In this document: piece by piece, positions 1 to 9,046 of the stretch
How the letters are laid out: the number at the start of each line of letters is the position of its first letter
Numbering within the stretch: the stretch's first letter is position 1
Assembly (NCBI GenBank): GCA_964557535.1
Contig: CAZLAD010000001.1
Span: 58,482-122,481, forward strand
Reading direction: 5' to 3'
DNA: 64,000 bases
From: an uncultured Candidatus Saccharibacteria bacterium
Lineage (GTDB): Bacteria; Patescibacteriota; Minisyncoccia; Phycocordibacterales; CSBR16-119
The notes under the pieces: generated by a model
What the model was told of the DNA's origin: nothing
The model's database searches: none
The model's input: only the letters and a program-made list of their open reading frames with translations
Made by a program: the position numbers and the translations under genes

Positions 1-69
1 TCTTGCCATAAGTGGGTAAAAGATAACATAGAATAAAATTTCACGCAATAGGGTAAATGGGGAACGAAC

Positions 70-97
70 AAGGCCCAGCAGTTTACTGCTGGGCCTT
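70..97 (-). terminator. Rho-independent terminator for the 113..691 minus-strand gene
   Basis: Perfect 12-bp stem AAGGCCCAGCAG/CTGCTGGGCCTT with loop TTTA, just downstream of the minus-strand stop codon. Confidence 0.6.
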
Positions 98-112
98 GGT
101 GTCGTTATGTGC

Positions 113-691
113 TTAGGGTGCCAAGAAGTACATGACTTCACCCGAAAAGTAATTGAGTGATGTCCGGCTGTGAATGTCTCCGGCGCTAACGGATGTTTGT
201 CGGTGACCATCTTCTTGATTGTATAACCTGAAATTGGCCACCAAGATGTCATTTTCTTCGTTGCAGACAACAAAGTGTGTGGCTCTGCTGATCTCTTCTC
301 GAGACGGAGGTTGTTCTTGGTCGAATACCCATTCTGCCTGTAGTAGGGACATTGCGATACCACGCTCAACCAATGAAAGATTGAAGGTGTCGTGAGTCGC
401 TTTCTGGAGACCCGTTGCTCTTCTCATCAAGGAGCTGAGTGGAGTTGCTTTCTGGGCTTCCATTAGTGAAGTTGATTCGAGGTGTAGTCTTGCGAGACGG
501 CCTCCATTTCGCTTCGGGACGTATTTTCCAAATTGCTCTATGAGCTTTGGACGATTGACCCAGAATCGGGACCTGTCTCGAACACAACTTGTCAAAAAGG
601 TCCTGGGGGTTTGTGGTACGAGGATATCACTAACCTCGTAGCCGAATTCTTCAACGGCGTTCCATTTGGCAGTGGCTAAGGTGGTTGGCAT
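113..691 (-). CDS. Hypothetical protein (192 aa) in a GC-elevated segment
   Basis: Long ORF with coherent codon usage, about 50% GC against a 40% background, and its own terminator hairpin; no recognisable motifs. Confidence 0.4.
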   Translation of the reverse strand: MPTTLATAKWNAVEEFGYEVSDILVPQTPRTFLTSCVRDRSRFWVNRPKLIEQFGKYVPKRNGGRLARLHLESTSLMEAQKATPLSSLMRRATGLQKATHDTFNLSLVERGIAMSLLQAEWVFDQEQPPSREEISRATHFVVCNEENDILVANFRLYNQEDGHRQTSVSAGDIHSRTSLNYFSGEVMYFLAP

Positions 692-746
692 GGTTCATGG
701 TGTTTGTTCTGAAAGACAATACCATTTTGTTGAGTTTTTGTCAATC

Positions 747-2483
747 TTAAAAAAGATTTTCTGGGTTTACGCGGATTTGCCAGTCGGGGGTGAGGGAGGT
801 GAGAATTTCGGAGAGTTTGGGGTCTTGGAATTCTTCGTTCCAAATTTTCTTCGAAAGTTTTAAGATTATCAGACTTTCAAAAGTTCTCCCGCGTTTTATT
901 CGACGAGCTAGAGGATTCCAAATTGAAAGATGAGACACAAGAGGTGAGACATTAGAATCAAAATCATCCTTGTTTGACGTTCGTGAAATTCTCATCAGTG
1001 TCCCAAATGGTGGATAGCCGAATTTTTCACGCATGGATTTTTCAAATTCGTAAAATTCTTGCAAGTTTCCGTTCGCCAAAGTTTTTATGGCCAAATTTTC
1101 TATGTCGCGAGTTTGCAAAATTGCTTTCGGTGATAAATTTTTTACAGCGAATCCTAGCGAGAGAATTTTTTCGTAAATTTTATAACTTGGAATTGATAAA
1201 AGCGCGTCGAGAGAGATGATGGCGGTAACGTCGAGTGGTTTGTAGAGGTGGGGGATAGCGAGCTCCGTGCCAACCAAAATCGAATTTGGCGTTTCATAAA
1301 ACTTTTGGACGGTTTCGCGAACTTTTTTGTTAGTCTTCGTCACGTCACCATCGATTTGAAAGATTTTTTTCTTTGGAAAAAGTTTCTTCGCTTCGAGGGC
1401 GATAGTATCGGTGCCGATGCCGAGCGTGTCAAAATTCCAACTACCACAATTCCCACACCTGGTCTTTGGATCAAGTGTTGCACCAGTTTGCGGATTTAGA
1501 AGCACTCTTTCTCCCGCACGCTCTCGCAAAACGAGACCGATATCACCATCTTTTACAATTTGCCCACAATCATGACATACGACCGAGCTTCCGAGGCCCT
1601 TGCGCAAAGCAAAGGCAAAAGCTTTGTCGCTCGTCTTAAATTCCTCAAAAACTTTTTTGGAAAAAATAAAACTTTTTTTCTCTCGATTCTCCTTGTCACT
1701 CATATCAATCACACGAATGGAGGTCGGACCTTGGGTTTTGGTGATTTTCAAATTGTTTTCGACAATTGTTTCGAGTGAAAGTGGTGCGCCAATGAATTCT
1801 ATTTTGATTTTTAAATTTTCGGCCAAGGTACGGAAAAAATATCGCAGATCAAAATATGGTCGTTTGAGGCTTCGATACGCCGAAGAATGTTCATCGTGAA
1901 TTATGATTTTGCCCAAATCGTGTCGTGGCGTAAATGCAAATGATGGAGTCATGATGACGACTACGGGTCCAGGATTTTCCAAAATTTCTTGGTAACGAGC
2001 GAGCAATGTCTTTTTTCTCAAACTTCCGTGGATGACGAAAACATCTCTGTCTAAAGTTTCGGCTAGGCGTTCGACGGCACGGACGGTCGGCGCGATATGA
2101 AAAACTGATGAGCCGACCGTCCGTGATACTGGCTTCGGCAGATCTTCATAATGTTCCAAAAATTCTATTGGCAGAAAGTAGTTGACAATTTGTCCTAAAT
2201 TGCCGACAAAAAATCTTTTCGTTTTATCGCAGGCGATAAAAAATTCTTTGTAAAATTTGGTCTTACCTTTGACGCTTTCAATCTTTTTGAAACCAAATAT
2301 TGCTGTTTTGATTTCTTGTTTCAAGTCTTTGGCGTCGCGAACTCCGACGACCAGAGCGTCGTATTTTTTCTTTCTGACTTCGATCTCGACGACATCACCT
2401 ATAGAAATGTCTTTGGCCGAGAAATAGGTTAGAGAGTCTTTTTGGACTTTGGCGGATATTGGGCTGACTTCGACGAGTTTCAT
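747..2483 (-). CDS. priA: Primosomal protein N' (PriA)-like helicase with degenerate ATPase motifs
   Basis: Helicase motif II IIIHDEHSSAY matches DEEH. C-terminal Cys-rich Zn-binding region CHDCGQ...CGNCGS is present. The Walker A position reads VGSSVFHIAP instead of GxGKT, and motif III SAT reads GAP. The N-terminal 3'BD/WH region is short. Confidence 0.7.
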   Translation of the reverse strand: MKLVEVSPISAKVQKDSLTYFSAKDISIGDVVEIEVRKKKYDALVVGVRDAKDLKQEIKTAIFGFKKIESVKGKTKFYKEFFIACDKTKRFFVGNLGQIVNYFLPIEFLEHYEDLPKPVSRTVGSSVFHIAPTVRAVERLAETLDRDVFVIHGSLRKKTLLARYQEILENPGPVVVIMTPSFAFTPRHDLGKIIIHDEHSSAYRSLKRPYFDLRYFFRTLAENLKIKIEFIGAPLSLETIVENNLKITKTQGPTSIRVIDMSDKENREKKSFIFSKKVFEEFKTSDKAFAFALRKGLGSSVVCHDCGQIVKDGDIGLVLRERAGERVLLNPQTGATLDPKTRCGNCGSWNFDTLGIGTDTIALEAKKLFPKKKIFQIDGDVTKTNKKVRETVQKFYETPNSILVGTELAIPHLYKPLDVTAIISLDALLSIPSYKIYEKILSLGFAVKNLSPKAILQTRDIENLAIKTLANGNLQEFYEFEKSMREKFGYPPFGTLMRISRTSNKDDFDSNVSPLVSHLSIWNPLARRIKRGRTFESLIILKLSKKIWNEEFQDPKLSEILTSLTPDWQIRVNPENLF

Positions 2484-2600
2484 CCCGTTAGAGATAGCAA
2501 ACCTTAGTTTGCGTACCTTTGTTATTGTTTTGTAAATAATTTACGACCACGGCGATATTTCCATCAAGATTAATTGTAACCAAGTTATCTCTAACGGGAT
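2482..2600 (-). repeat. Intergenic IR-bounded element E1 (119 nt), reverse orientation, abutting the priA start codon
   Basis: Terminal inverted repeats ATCCCGTTAGAGAT (2482-2495) and ATCTCTAACGGGAT (2587-2600). Read on the minus strand it ends TACGCAAA-hairpin-TTTGCTATCTCTAACGGG followed directly by the priA ATG. Confidence 0.75.
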
Positions 2601-2661
2601 TCATGCCTTCATCATAGCATTTTGGAAATTCGACACGAAAAGGTAAGATAGACACGTAATT

Positions 2662-3981
2662 ATGAGTGACATATTCAAGATCAAGGGCGGGAAAAAACTA
2701 AAAGGCACCATTAGACCACAAGGCTCGAAAAACGAGGCTTTTCAGGTTATCGCCGCGACGCTTCTGACTGACGAAGACGTGGTTATTGAAAATATTCCAG
2801 AAGTTTTGGATATCTTGAATTTGTTCGAAATCCTAAAAATTTTGGGCGTCGAAATTACGAAGCTCGGTCACGGTTCTTACAAACTAAACGCAAGCGCCGT
2901 CGATGTCGAGAAAATGAAATCGGAAGAATTTTCAAAACTTTTCTCCAAACTTCGCGGATCACTTTTGGTTGCGGGTGCGATGCTTGGGCGATTTGGAAAA
3001 AGTGTCATTCAACAGCCAGGCGGAGACAAAATCGGAATTCGTCCAATCACAACTCACGTCAAAGCCTTTGCCGATATTGGTGCGGATGTAGAAACAAAAG
3101 GAGATTTTCAGGAACTTGTTTTGAAAAATATTGTTTCGAAAAGGATCACTTTGAGCGAAACTTCGGTTACTGGAACAGCCAACGCAATCCTCTCGGCTGT
3201 TTTGGAAAAAGAATCTCCGCATGTTTTGGAAATTTATAACGCCGGTTGCGAAACTTATATCCAGCAGCTTTGCAAAATGTTAAACAATATGGGCGCCAAG
3301 ATTTCTGGTGCAGGCACGAATCTTGTCGTTATCGAATCAGTCAAAAAACTACACGCTACAAATCACACTCTTTTGCCGGACATGCTCGAAATCGTCAGCT
3401 TGATCGTGCTTGGAGTTGTGTGTGGCGAAGGAATTTTTATAGAAGGTGCCAAGAGAGAACACATCGGCGAAATTACAAATATTGTTTTGAAGAAACTCGG
3501 TGTGCGTTTCGAAGAGCGAGAAGATGGATTTTTCGTTCCCGAACACAAAGAATATGAAATCCAAAAACCGAGAACTCCAGGAAAAAATATTCGTATCATT
3601 TATGATGACAAATGGCCGGGACTTTCGCCGGACCACATCAGTAGTCTGATTGTGCTTTGTGTTTATGCCAAGGGCATGGTGACTATTCGTCAACGCATGT
3701 TTGATCGACGACTTCTGTTCTGTGACGTTTTGAACACCATGGGCGCAGAAATTGTCATGTCGCATCATCAGGAAGTTACGGTTGTTGGGAATAATCGAAG
3801 TCGAACTTTGGTTGGTCTCGAGATGGCATCACCTGATATTCGCGCCGGCATGGCACTACTTATCGCCGCGCTTTCAGCCAAAGGCGAAAGTATTATCCAA
3901 AATGCGCATCAGATAAATCGTGGTTACGAACAAATCGTTGAGCGACTTCAAACTCTCGGCGCCGATATAGAATATGCCTAA
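2662..3981 (+). CDS. murA: UDP-N-acetylglucosamine 1-carboxyvinyltransferase (MurA), active-site Cys replaced by Asp
   Basis: Full-length MurA similarity (KGGKKLKGTIRPQGSKNEA...). The active-site loop reads QPGGDKIGIRP where E. coli has LPGGCAIGARP. Confidence 0.95.
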   Translation: MSDIFKIKGGKKLKGTIRPQGSKNEAFQVIAATLLTDEDVVIENIPEVLDILNLFEILKILGVEITKLGHGSYKLNASAVDVEKMKSEEFSKLFSKLRGSLLVAGAMLGRFGKSVIQQPGGDKIGIRPITTHVKAFADIGADVETKGDFQELVLKNIVSKRITLSETSVTGTANAILSAVLEKESPHVLEIYNAGCETYIQQLCKMLNNMGAKISGAGTNLVVIESVKKLHATNHTLLPDMLEIVSLIVLGVVCGEGIFIEGAKREHIGEITNIVLKKLGVRFEEREDGFFVPEHKEYEIQKPRTPGKNIRIIYDDKWPGLSPDHISSLIVLCVYAKGMVTIRQRMFDRRLLFCDVLNTMGAEIVMSHHQEVTVVGNNRSRTLVGLEMASPDIRAGMALLIAALSAKGESIIQNAHQINRGYEQIVERLQTLGADIEYA

Positions 3982-4996
3982 CATCGAAGAAAATGTTTCT
4001 CTAAAAGAATTTACGACCTTCAAAGTTGGCGGCAACGCCAAATACTTTTTTGTTCTAAAAGACAAGTCGGAAGTTCCCGAAGTTGTGAGATTTGCTCGCG
4101 AGAAAGAAATCCCTCTTTTCGTTTTAGGCGGAGGATCAAATATTATTGTTGCCGACGAAGAATTGAATGCATGCGTAATAAAAAATGAAATCCTTGGACG
4201 CGAAATTTTAAACGAAAACGATAACCAGGTTTTGATTTCTGTTGGCGCGGGCGAGAATTGGGATGAGTTTGTTGGCTTTTGTGTTGAGCGAGGATTTTCT
4301 GGGGTTGAGGCACTATCGGCAATTCCAGGAACCGTTGGTGGGGCACCGATTCAAAACATTGGAGCCTATGGCGCCGAAGCAGGGAACACCATCGACTCAG
4401 TCTTGGTCTATGATATTGAAAAAGAAAATTTTGAAACTTTGTTAAAGACCGATTGCGAGTTTGCTTATCGCGACAGTATCTTCAAGAAATTTCCAGGAAG
4501 ATTTGTTGTGCTTGAAGTGGTTTTTAAATTATCTAAAAATCAAATTATAACCGTTCCAAATTATCCGGGAGTTTCTGAAAAGTTGGCTGAAAAAAACGTT
4601 ACAAATCCAAATCTTACGGATATACGTCAAACAATTACTGAAATCCGCGCCAATAAACTTCCTGATCCACGAGTTATTCCAAACGTCGGATCATTTTTCA
4701 AAAACCCAATTGTCTCAAAAGAAGTTTTTGAAAAAATAAAATCTATATTTCCAAATGTAAAATATTTTGAAATGGGCCCAGACTTCAAGATTCCGGCAGG
4801 CTGGCTTATTGAGACGGCCGGTCTTCGGGGTGTGGATTTTGGAAAGGTGGGTACTTATGCGAACAATGCTTTGGTTTTGGTAAACAAAGGCGACGCCGGG
4901 TACGAAGACGTGCTGGCAGCTCAGGGGAAAATTGTCTCTACTATAGAAGATAAATTCGGTATAAAATTAGAACGGGAGCCGATTTTAGTTGATTGA
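3974..4996 (+). CDS. murB: UDP-N-acetylenolpyruvoylglucosamine reductase (MurB)
   Basis: FAD-binding N-terminus KEFTTFKVGGNAKYFF...LGGGSNIIV. Overlaps the murA stop by 8 nt. Confidence 0.9.
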   Translation: MPNIEENVSLKEFTTFKVGGNAKYFFVLKDKSEVPEVVRFAREKEIPLFVLGGGSNIIVADEELNACVIKNEILGREILNENDNQVLISVGAGENWDEFVGFCVERGFSGVEALSAIPGTVGGAPIQNIGAYGAEAGNTIDSVLVYDIEKENFETLLKTDCEFAYRDSIFKKFPGRFVVLEVVFKLSKNQIITVPNYPGVSEKLAEKNVTNPNLTDIRQTITEIRANKLPDPRVIPNVGSFFKNPIVSKEVFEKIKSIFPNVKYFEMGPDFKIPAGWLIETAGLRGVDFGKVGTYANNALVLVNKGDAGYEDVLAAQGKIVSTIEDKFGIKLEREPILVD

Positions 4997-6432
4997 ATAT
5001 GAAATTAGAAGAGATTTTAAAAAACATTGAAGTCCTCGAAACCGTTGGCTCGGCCGATGTTATGGTCGAGCACCTTTCTCTTGATTCTCGAAATATAAAA
5101 CCAGATACTTTGTTTTTTGCCGTGTCGGGGACGAAAGTCGACGGACATGCTTTTATCGATACGGCGATTTCGGCTGGTGCCAAAATAATTGTTTGTGAAA
5201 AATTTCCAGAAAATTTAAATTCTGAAGTTACTTACGTTCGCGTCGAAAATACGAGTGAAATTGTCGGGCTTGTGGCTAAAAATTTTTTCGGCAACAACGA
5301 TTTTGAAATGAAAATTGTCGGTGTGACAGGCACGAACGGCAAAACCACGATTGCGACAATGCTTTATCAATTATTTACTTTGCTTGGCCACAAAGGCGGA
5401 CTACTTTCGACGGTTGAAAATATTATCGGGACAGAAGTTCTTCCGGCGACGCATACGACAGGCGATGCAATTCAAATCCAAGAAAATTTGGCCAAGATGC
5501 GCGAGGCCAAGACGAAATATTGCTTCATGGAGGTGAGCTCGCATGCGATTGATCAGAATAGAATTGCCGGAATTGATTTTACCGGCGGAATTTTTACAAA
5601 CTTGACCCAAGACCATCTCGATTACCATCAGACCCTTGATGAATACGCCAAAGTCAAGAAAGCTTTTTTCGATTCTTTAACCAATCAAGCTTTTGCACTT
5701 TATAATTCTGACGATAATCGGGGAAGTTTTATGGTTGCTGATACTCACGCAAAAATAATTTCATACGGTAAAGTTGCCGCAGATTTTATTTTTAAAGTAA
5801 AAAAATCTTCTGCCGACGGACTCGAGCTCGTCATTAACGATACGATAGTTGTAACGTCGCTTGTCGGAGAATTCAATGCGTACAATATCACAGCAATATT
5901 TGCGGCCGCCGTGACACTCGGCGCCAAGCCAGACGACGTCGTAACCGCAATCGCGAAGCTTTCCGGCGCGCGCGGACGCATGGAAAAAGCAACGAGCGCT
6001 TCGGGAATTTTTGGCTTGGTTGATTATGCGCACACGCCGGACGCTCTCGAAAATGTTTTGAAGACGATCAATACTTTCAAACAAGGTCGTGTCGTTACGG
6101 TTTTTGGTGCGGGTGGCGACAGAGATAAAACCAAGCGTCCCATAATGGGTGAAATCGCCTCAAGACTTAGTGATGTTGTTGTCGTTACATCAGATAATCC
6201 GCGAAGCGAACGACCCGAAGACATCGCCGATGACATTCTCGCCGGGATCAAAGATAAAACAAATGTCGAGACGATTCTCGATCGTCGTGAAGCGATCAAG
6301 CGGGCGGTCGAGATCTCAAAGCCTGGGGACATTGTTTTGGTCGCGGGCAAAGGCCACGAAGATTATCAGGATGTCGCCGGAGTCAAAAGTCATTTTTCTG
6401 ATTTAGAAGTTTTGAGAGAATTTTTATCATGA
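4993..6432 (+). CDS. murE: UDP-MurNAc-L-Ala-D-Glu:meso-DAP ligase (MurE)
   Basis: Mur ligase P-loop VGVTGTNGKTT. The DNPR motif (VTSDNPRSE) indicates meso-diaminopimelate specificity. The first ATG is at 4999; 4993 is a TTG. Confidence 0.92.
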   Translation: MNMKLEEILKNIEVLETVGSADVMVEHLSLDSRNIKPDTLFFAVSGTKVDGHAFIDTAISAGAKIIVCEKFPENLNSEVTYVRVENTSEIVGLVAKNFFGNNDFEMKIVGVTGTNGKTTIATMLYQLFTLLGHKGGLLSTVENIIGTEVLPATHTTGDAIQIQENLAKMREAKTKYCFMEVSSHAIDQNRIAGIDFTGGIFTNLTQDHLDYHQTLDEYAKVKKAFFDSLTNQAFALYNSDDNRGSFMVADTHAKIISYGKVAADFIFKVKKSSADGLELVINDTIVVTSLVGEFNAYNITAIFAAAVTLGAKPDDVVTAIAKLSGARGRMEKATSASGIFGLVDYAHTPDALENVLKTINTFKQGRVVTVFGAGGDRDKTKRPIMGEIASRLSDVVVVTSDNPRSERPEDIADDILAGIKDKTNVETILDRREAIKRAVEISKPGDIVLVAGKGHEDYQDVAGVKSHFSDLEVLREFLS

Positions 6433-7751
6433 GTAATTGGCAAGAATTTTTCAAAGGAAAAAAAGTAACGGTCATGGGACTCGGACTTTTGGGTCGGGGG
6501 ATTAACGATGTGAAATTTTTAGCGAAATATTGCGCTGAAGTCTTGGTGACCGATTTAAAATCTGCCGAAGAATTAAAAACCTCGCTTGATGAGATAAAAG
6601 ATTTTCAAAATATAAAACTAGTTCTTGGCGAGCATCGATTGGAAGACTTTGAAAATCGTGATTTTGTTCTAAAAGCCGCTGGGGTGCCGATTGACTCTCT
6701 ATATATAGAACATGCCAAGAAAAATAATGTGCCGGTTTATATGGATGAGGCGCTTTTTGTGAAGTTGGCTGGAGATATTCTAACCATCGGCGTGACTGGT
6801 ACGCGTGGCAAGACAACGACGACAATGATGATTGAGAAAATTTTGTCTGACGCGGGCAAACCAATACTTCTCGGAGGCAATATTCGCGGAATGGCGACAT
6901 TGCCACTTCTCGAAACTTTCAAATCCGGCGATATCATACTTATGGAACTGTCTTCGTGGCAACTTCAAGGCTTTGGTGACATAAAATTGAGTCCGCATAT
7001 TTCCGTCTTCACTAATTTCTACGATGATCATTTAAATTATTACAAGAACGACAAGAATTTGTATTTTGCCGACAAAGCTTTGATTTACAAAAATCAAACA
7101 CCACAAGATTTTCTAGTATATGGAGCGGATATTTCCGAAAATTTCAAAGAGGACATCAGAAATTCTGCCGGAAATAAATTTGAAATTTCTATCAAAGACT
7201 TTCCAGAGAATTTGGATTTGCGAATTCCGGGCGAGCACAACAAGATAAATGCGGCGCTCGCCCGACAAGTCGGTCTCGTTCTTGGTATTGACGAAGATTC
7301 GATTCAAAATTCCCTAAAAAATTTTTCTGGAGTTGCGGGACGTCTAGAATTTGTTCGAAATTTCAAGGGAATTGATTTTTACAACGACACGACAGCGACG
7401 AGCCCCGTTGCGACCATAACTGCCATCAATTCGCTTCACCAAAAAGATAAAAATTTGATTTTGATAATGGGTGGTGCGGACAAAAAGTTAGTCATGGATG
7501 AACTCTTGCCGGTCATAAAAAACAAAGTTTCAAAAGTTGTAATGCTTCCTGGGACAGGAACAGATTTGATAAAAGATAAATTTGAAACTAAAATTGAGGT
7601 GTCAAATATGAAGGAGGCAGTTTCGAAGGCCTTGGAAATATCGGAAAGTGGCGATACGGTGCTTTTGTCTCCAGCTTTTGCTTCGTTTGGTTTGTTTAAA
7701 AATGAATTTGATCGCGGAGATCAATTTGATGAAGCAGTAAAATCTTTATGA
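6429..7751 (+). CDS. murD: UDP-MurNAc-L-Ala:D-Glu ligase (MurD)
   Basis: N-terminal Rossmann-like VTVMGLGLLGRG and P-loop GVTGTRGKTTTT. ATGA overlap with murE. Confidence 0.9.
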   Translation: MSNWQEFFKGKKVTVMGLGLLGRGINDVKFLAKYCAEVLVTDLKSAEELKTSLDEIKDFQNIKLVLGEHRLEDFENRDFVLKAAGVPIDSLYIEHAKKNNVPVYMDEALFVKLAGDILTIGVTGTRGKTTTTMMIEKILSDAGKPILLGGNIRGMATLPLLETFKSGDIILMELSSWQLQGFGDIKLSPHISVFTNFYDDHLNYYKNDKNLYFADKALIYKNQTPQDFLVYGADISENFKEDIRNSAGNKFEISIKDFPENLDLRIPGEHNKINAALARQVGLVLGIDEDSIQNSLKNFSGVAGRLEFVRNFKGIDFYNDTTATSPVATITAINSLHQKDKNLILIMGGADKKLVMDELLPVIKNKVSKVVMLPGTGTDLIKDKFETKIEVSNMKEAVSKALEISESGDTVLLSPAFASFGLFKNEFDRGDQFDEAVKSL

Positions 7752-9046
7752 TAGAAAATTTCGACAAGTTTAAAAAAGTGCATTTCATCGGCATTGGCGG
7801 AATCGGTATTTCGGCTGTTGCCCAGATGTTTTTAGGAGAAGGCAAGAAAGTTTCTGGTTCAGATATTAGTGAATCAATGGTTACGGAAACTTTGCGAGAT
7901 TTGGGTGCAAAGATAAGTCTCGGTGCGTCGGCCAACAATATTTCTCCGGACACGGATTTGGTTGTCTATACGATTGCTATTGCGTCCGATAATCCGGAAA
8001 TGCTCGAGGCCAAGAAACGTAATCTGCCAATCATTTCTTATCCGGAGACACTCGCCGTAATTTCAAAAAATAAAAAAACTATTGCCGTTACTGGGACGCA
8101 CGGTAAAACGACGACGACGTCAATGATTGCCAAGGTGATGAAAGATTCTGGTTTCGATCCGACGGTCATCGTCGGGAGTTTCTTGAAAGAATGGAAAAGT
8201 AATTTCTTGCCGGGCAAAAGCGCGTATTTTGTTGTCGAGGGCTGCGAATATCGCAGGTCATTTTTAAATCTTCATCCATACATTTTGGTCATCAACAACA
8301 TCGAAGCCGATCATTTGGATTACTATAAAGATTTGGCTGATATAAAAAGTGCTTTTCGAGAACTTGCTGAGCGCGTTCCGTCGGATGGATTTATTGTTAC
8401 AGATTTGTCGAGTGATGCCGTCCGTGAAGTTGTCCAAGGACTTTCTTGTCAGGTGATTGATTATCGAAAAGTCGATTTGTCGGGCTTTGTTCTAGACAAA
8501 ATGCCAGGCGAGCACAATCTAAACAACGCTCGAGTTGCTCTCTCGGTTTTAGAAATTCTCGGCGGTAAAAGAGAAGAGGTAAAAAAATCTTTGAAAGATT
8601 TTGGCGGAGTGTGGCGACGGTTTGAGTTCAAAGGCCAAACGCAGTCTGGTGCCGTGGTCTACGACGATTACGCGCATCATCCAACCGAGATTCGGGCGTT
8701 TTTGTCCGGGGCGCGAGAAAAGTTTTCTGACAAGAAAATTTTGGCAGTTTTCCAACCGCATATGGTTTCTCGAACCAAAGATTTCTTGGACGAATTTGCC
8801 GAGGCACTTTCGGGATTTGATAAAGTTCTAATTCTACCGATTTTCAAGGCCCGTGACGAAGAAGAGCAAAACATTTCTTCGAAAGATTTGGTTGAAAAAA
8901 TAAATAAATTAAAAAATGTCGCCGAGACGGTGTCGGATTTTGATGGGGTTAAGAAAATTGTTGGAGAGCTGACAGACGAAGGCTGGGTCGTTGCCACAAT
9001 CGGTGCTGGCAAAACCAATATTTTAGCCGAAGAATTAGTTATATGA
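7748..9046 (+). CDS. murC: UDP-MurNAc:L-alanine ligase (MurC)
   Basis: N-terminus HFIGIGGIGISAVAQ...VSGSD and P-loop VTGTHGKTTTT. ATGA overlap with murD. Confidence 0.92.
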   Translation: MIENFDKFKKVHFIGIGGIGISAVAQMFLGEGKKVSGSDISESMVTETLRDLGAKISLGASANNISPDTDLVVYTIAIASDNPEMLEAKKRNLPIISYPETLAVISKNKKTIAVTGTHGKTTTTSMIAKVMKDSGFDPTVIVGSFLKEWKSNFLPGKSAYFVVEGCEYRRSFLNLHPYILVINNIEADHLDYYKDLADIKSAFRELAERVPSDGFIVTDLSSDAVREVVQGLSCQVIDYRKVDLSGFVLDKMPGEHNLNNARVALSVLEILGGKREEVKKSLKDFGGVWRRFEFKGQTQSGAVVYDDYAHHPTEIRAFLSGAREKFSDKKILAVFQPHMVSRTKDFLDEFAEALSGFDKVLILPIFKARDEEEQNISSKDLVEKINKLKNVAETVSDFDGVKKIVGELTDEGWVVATIGAGKTNILAEELVI

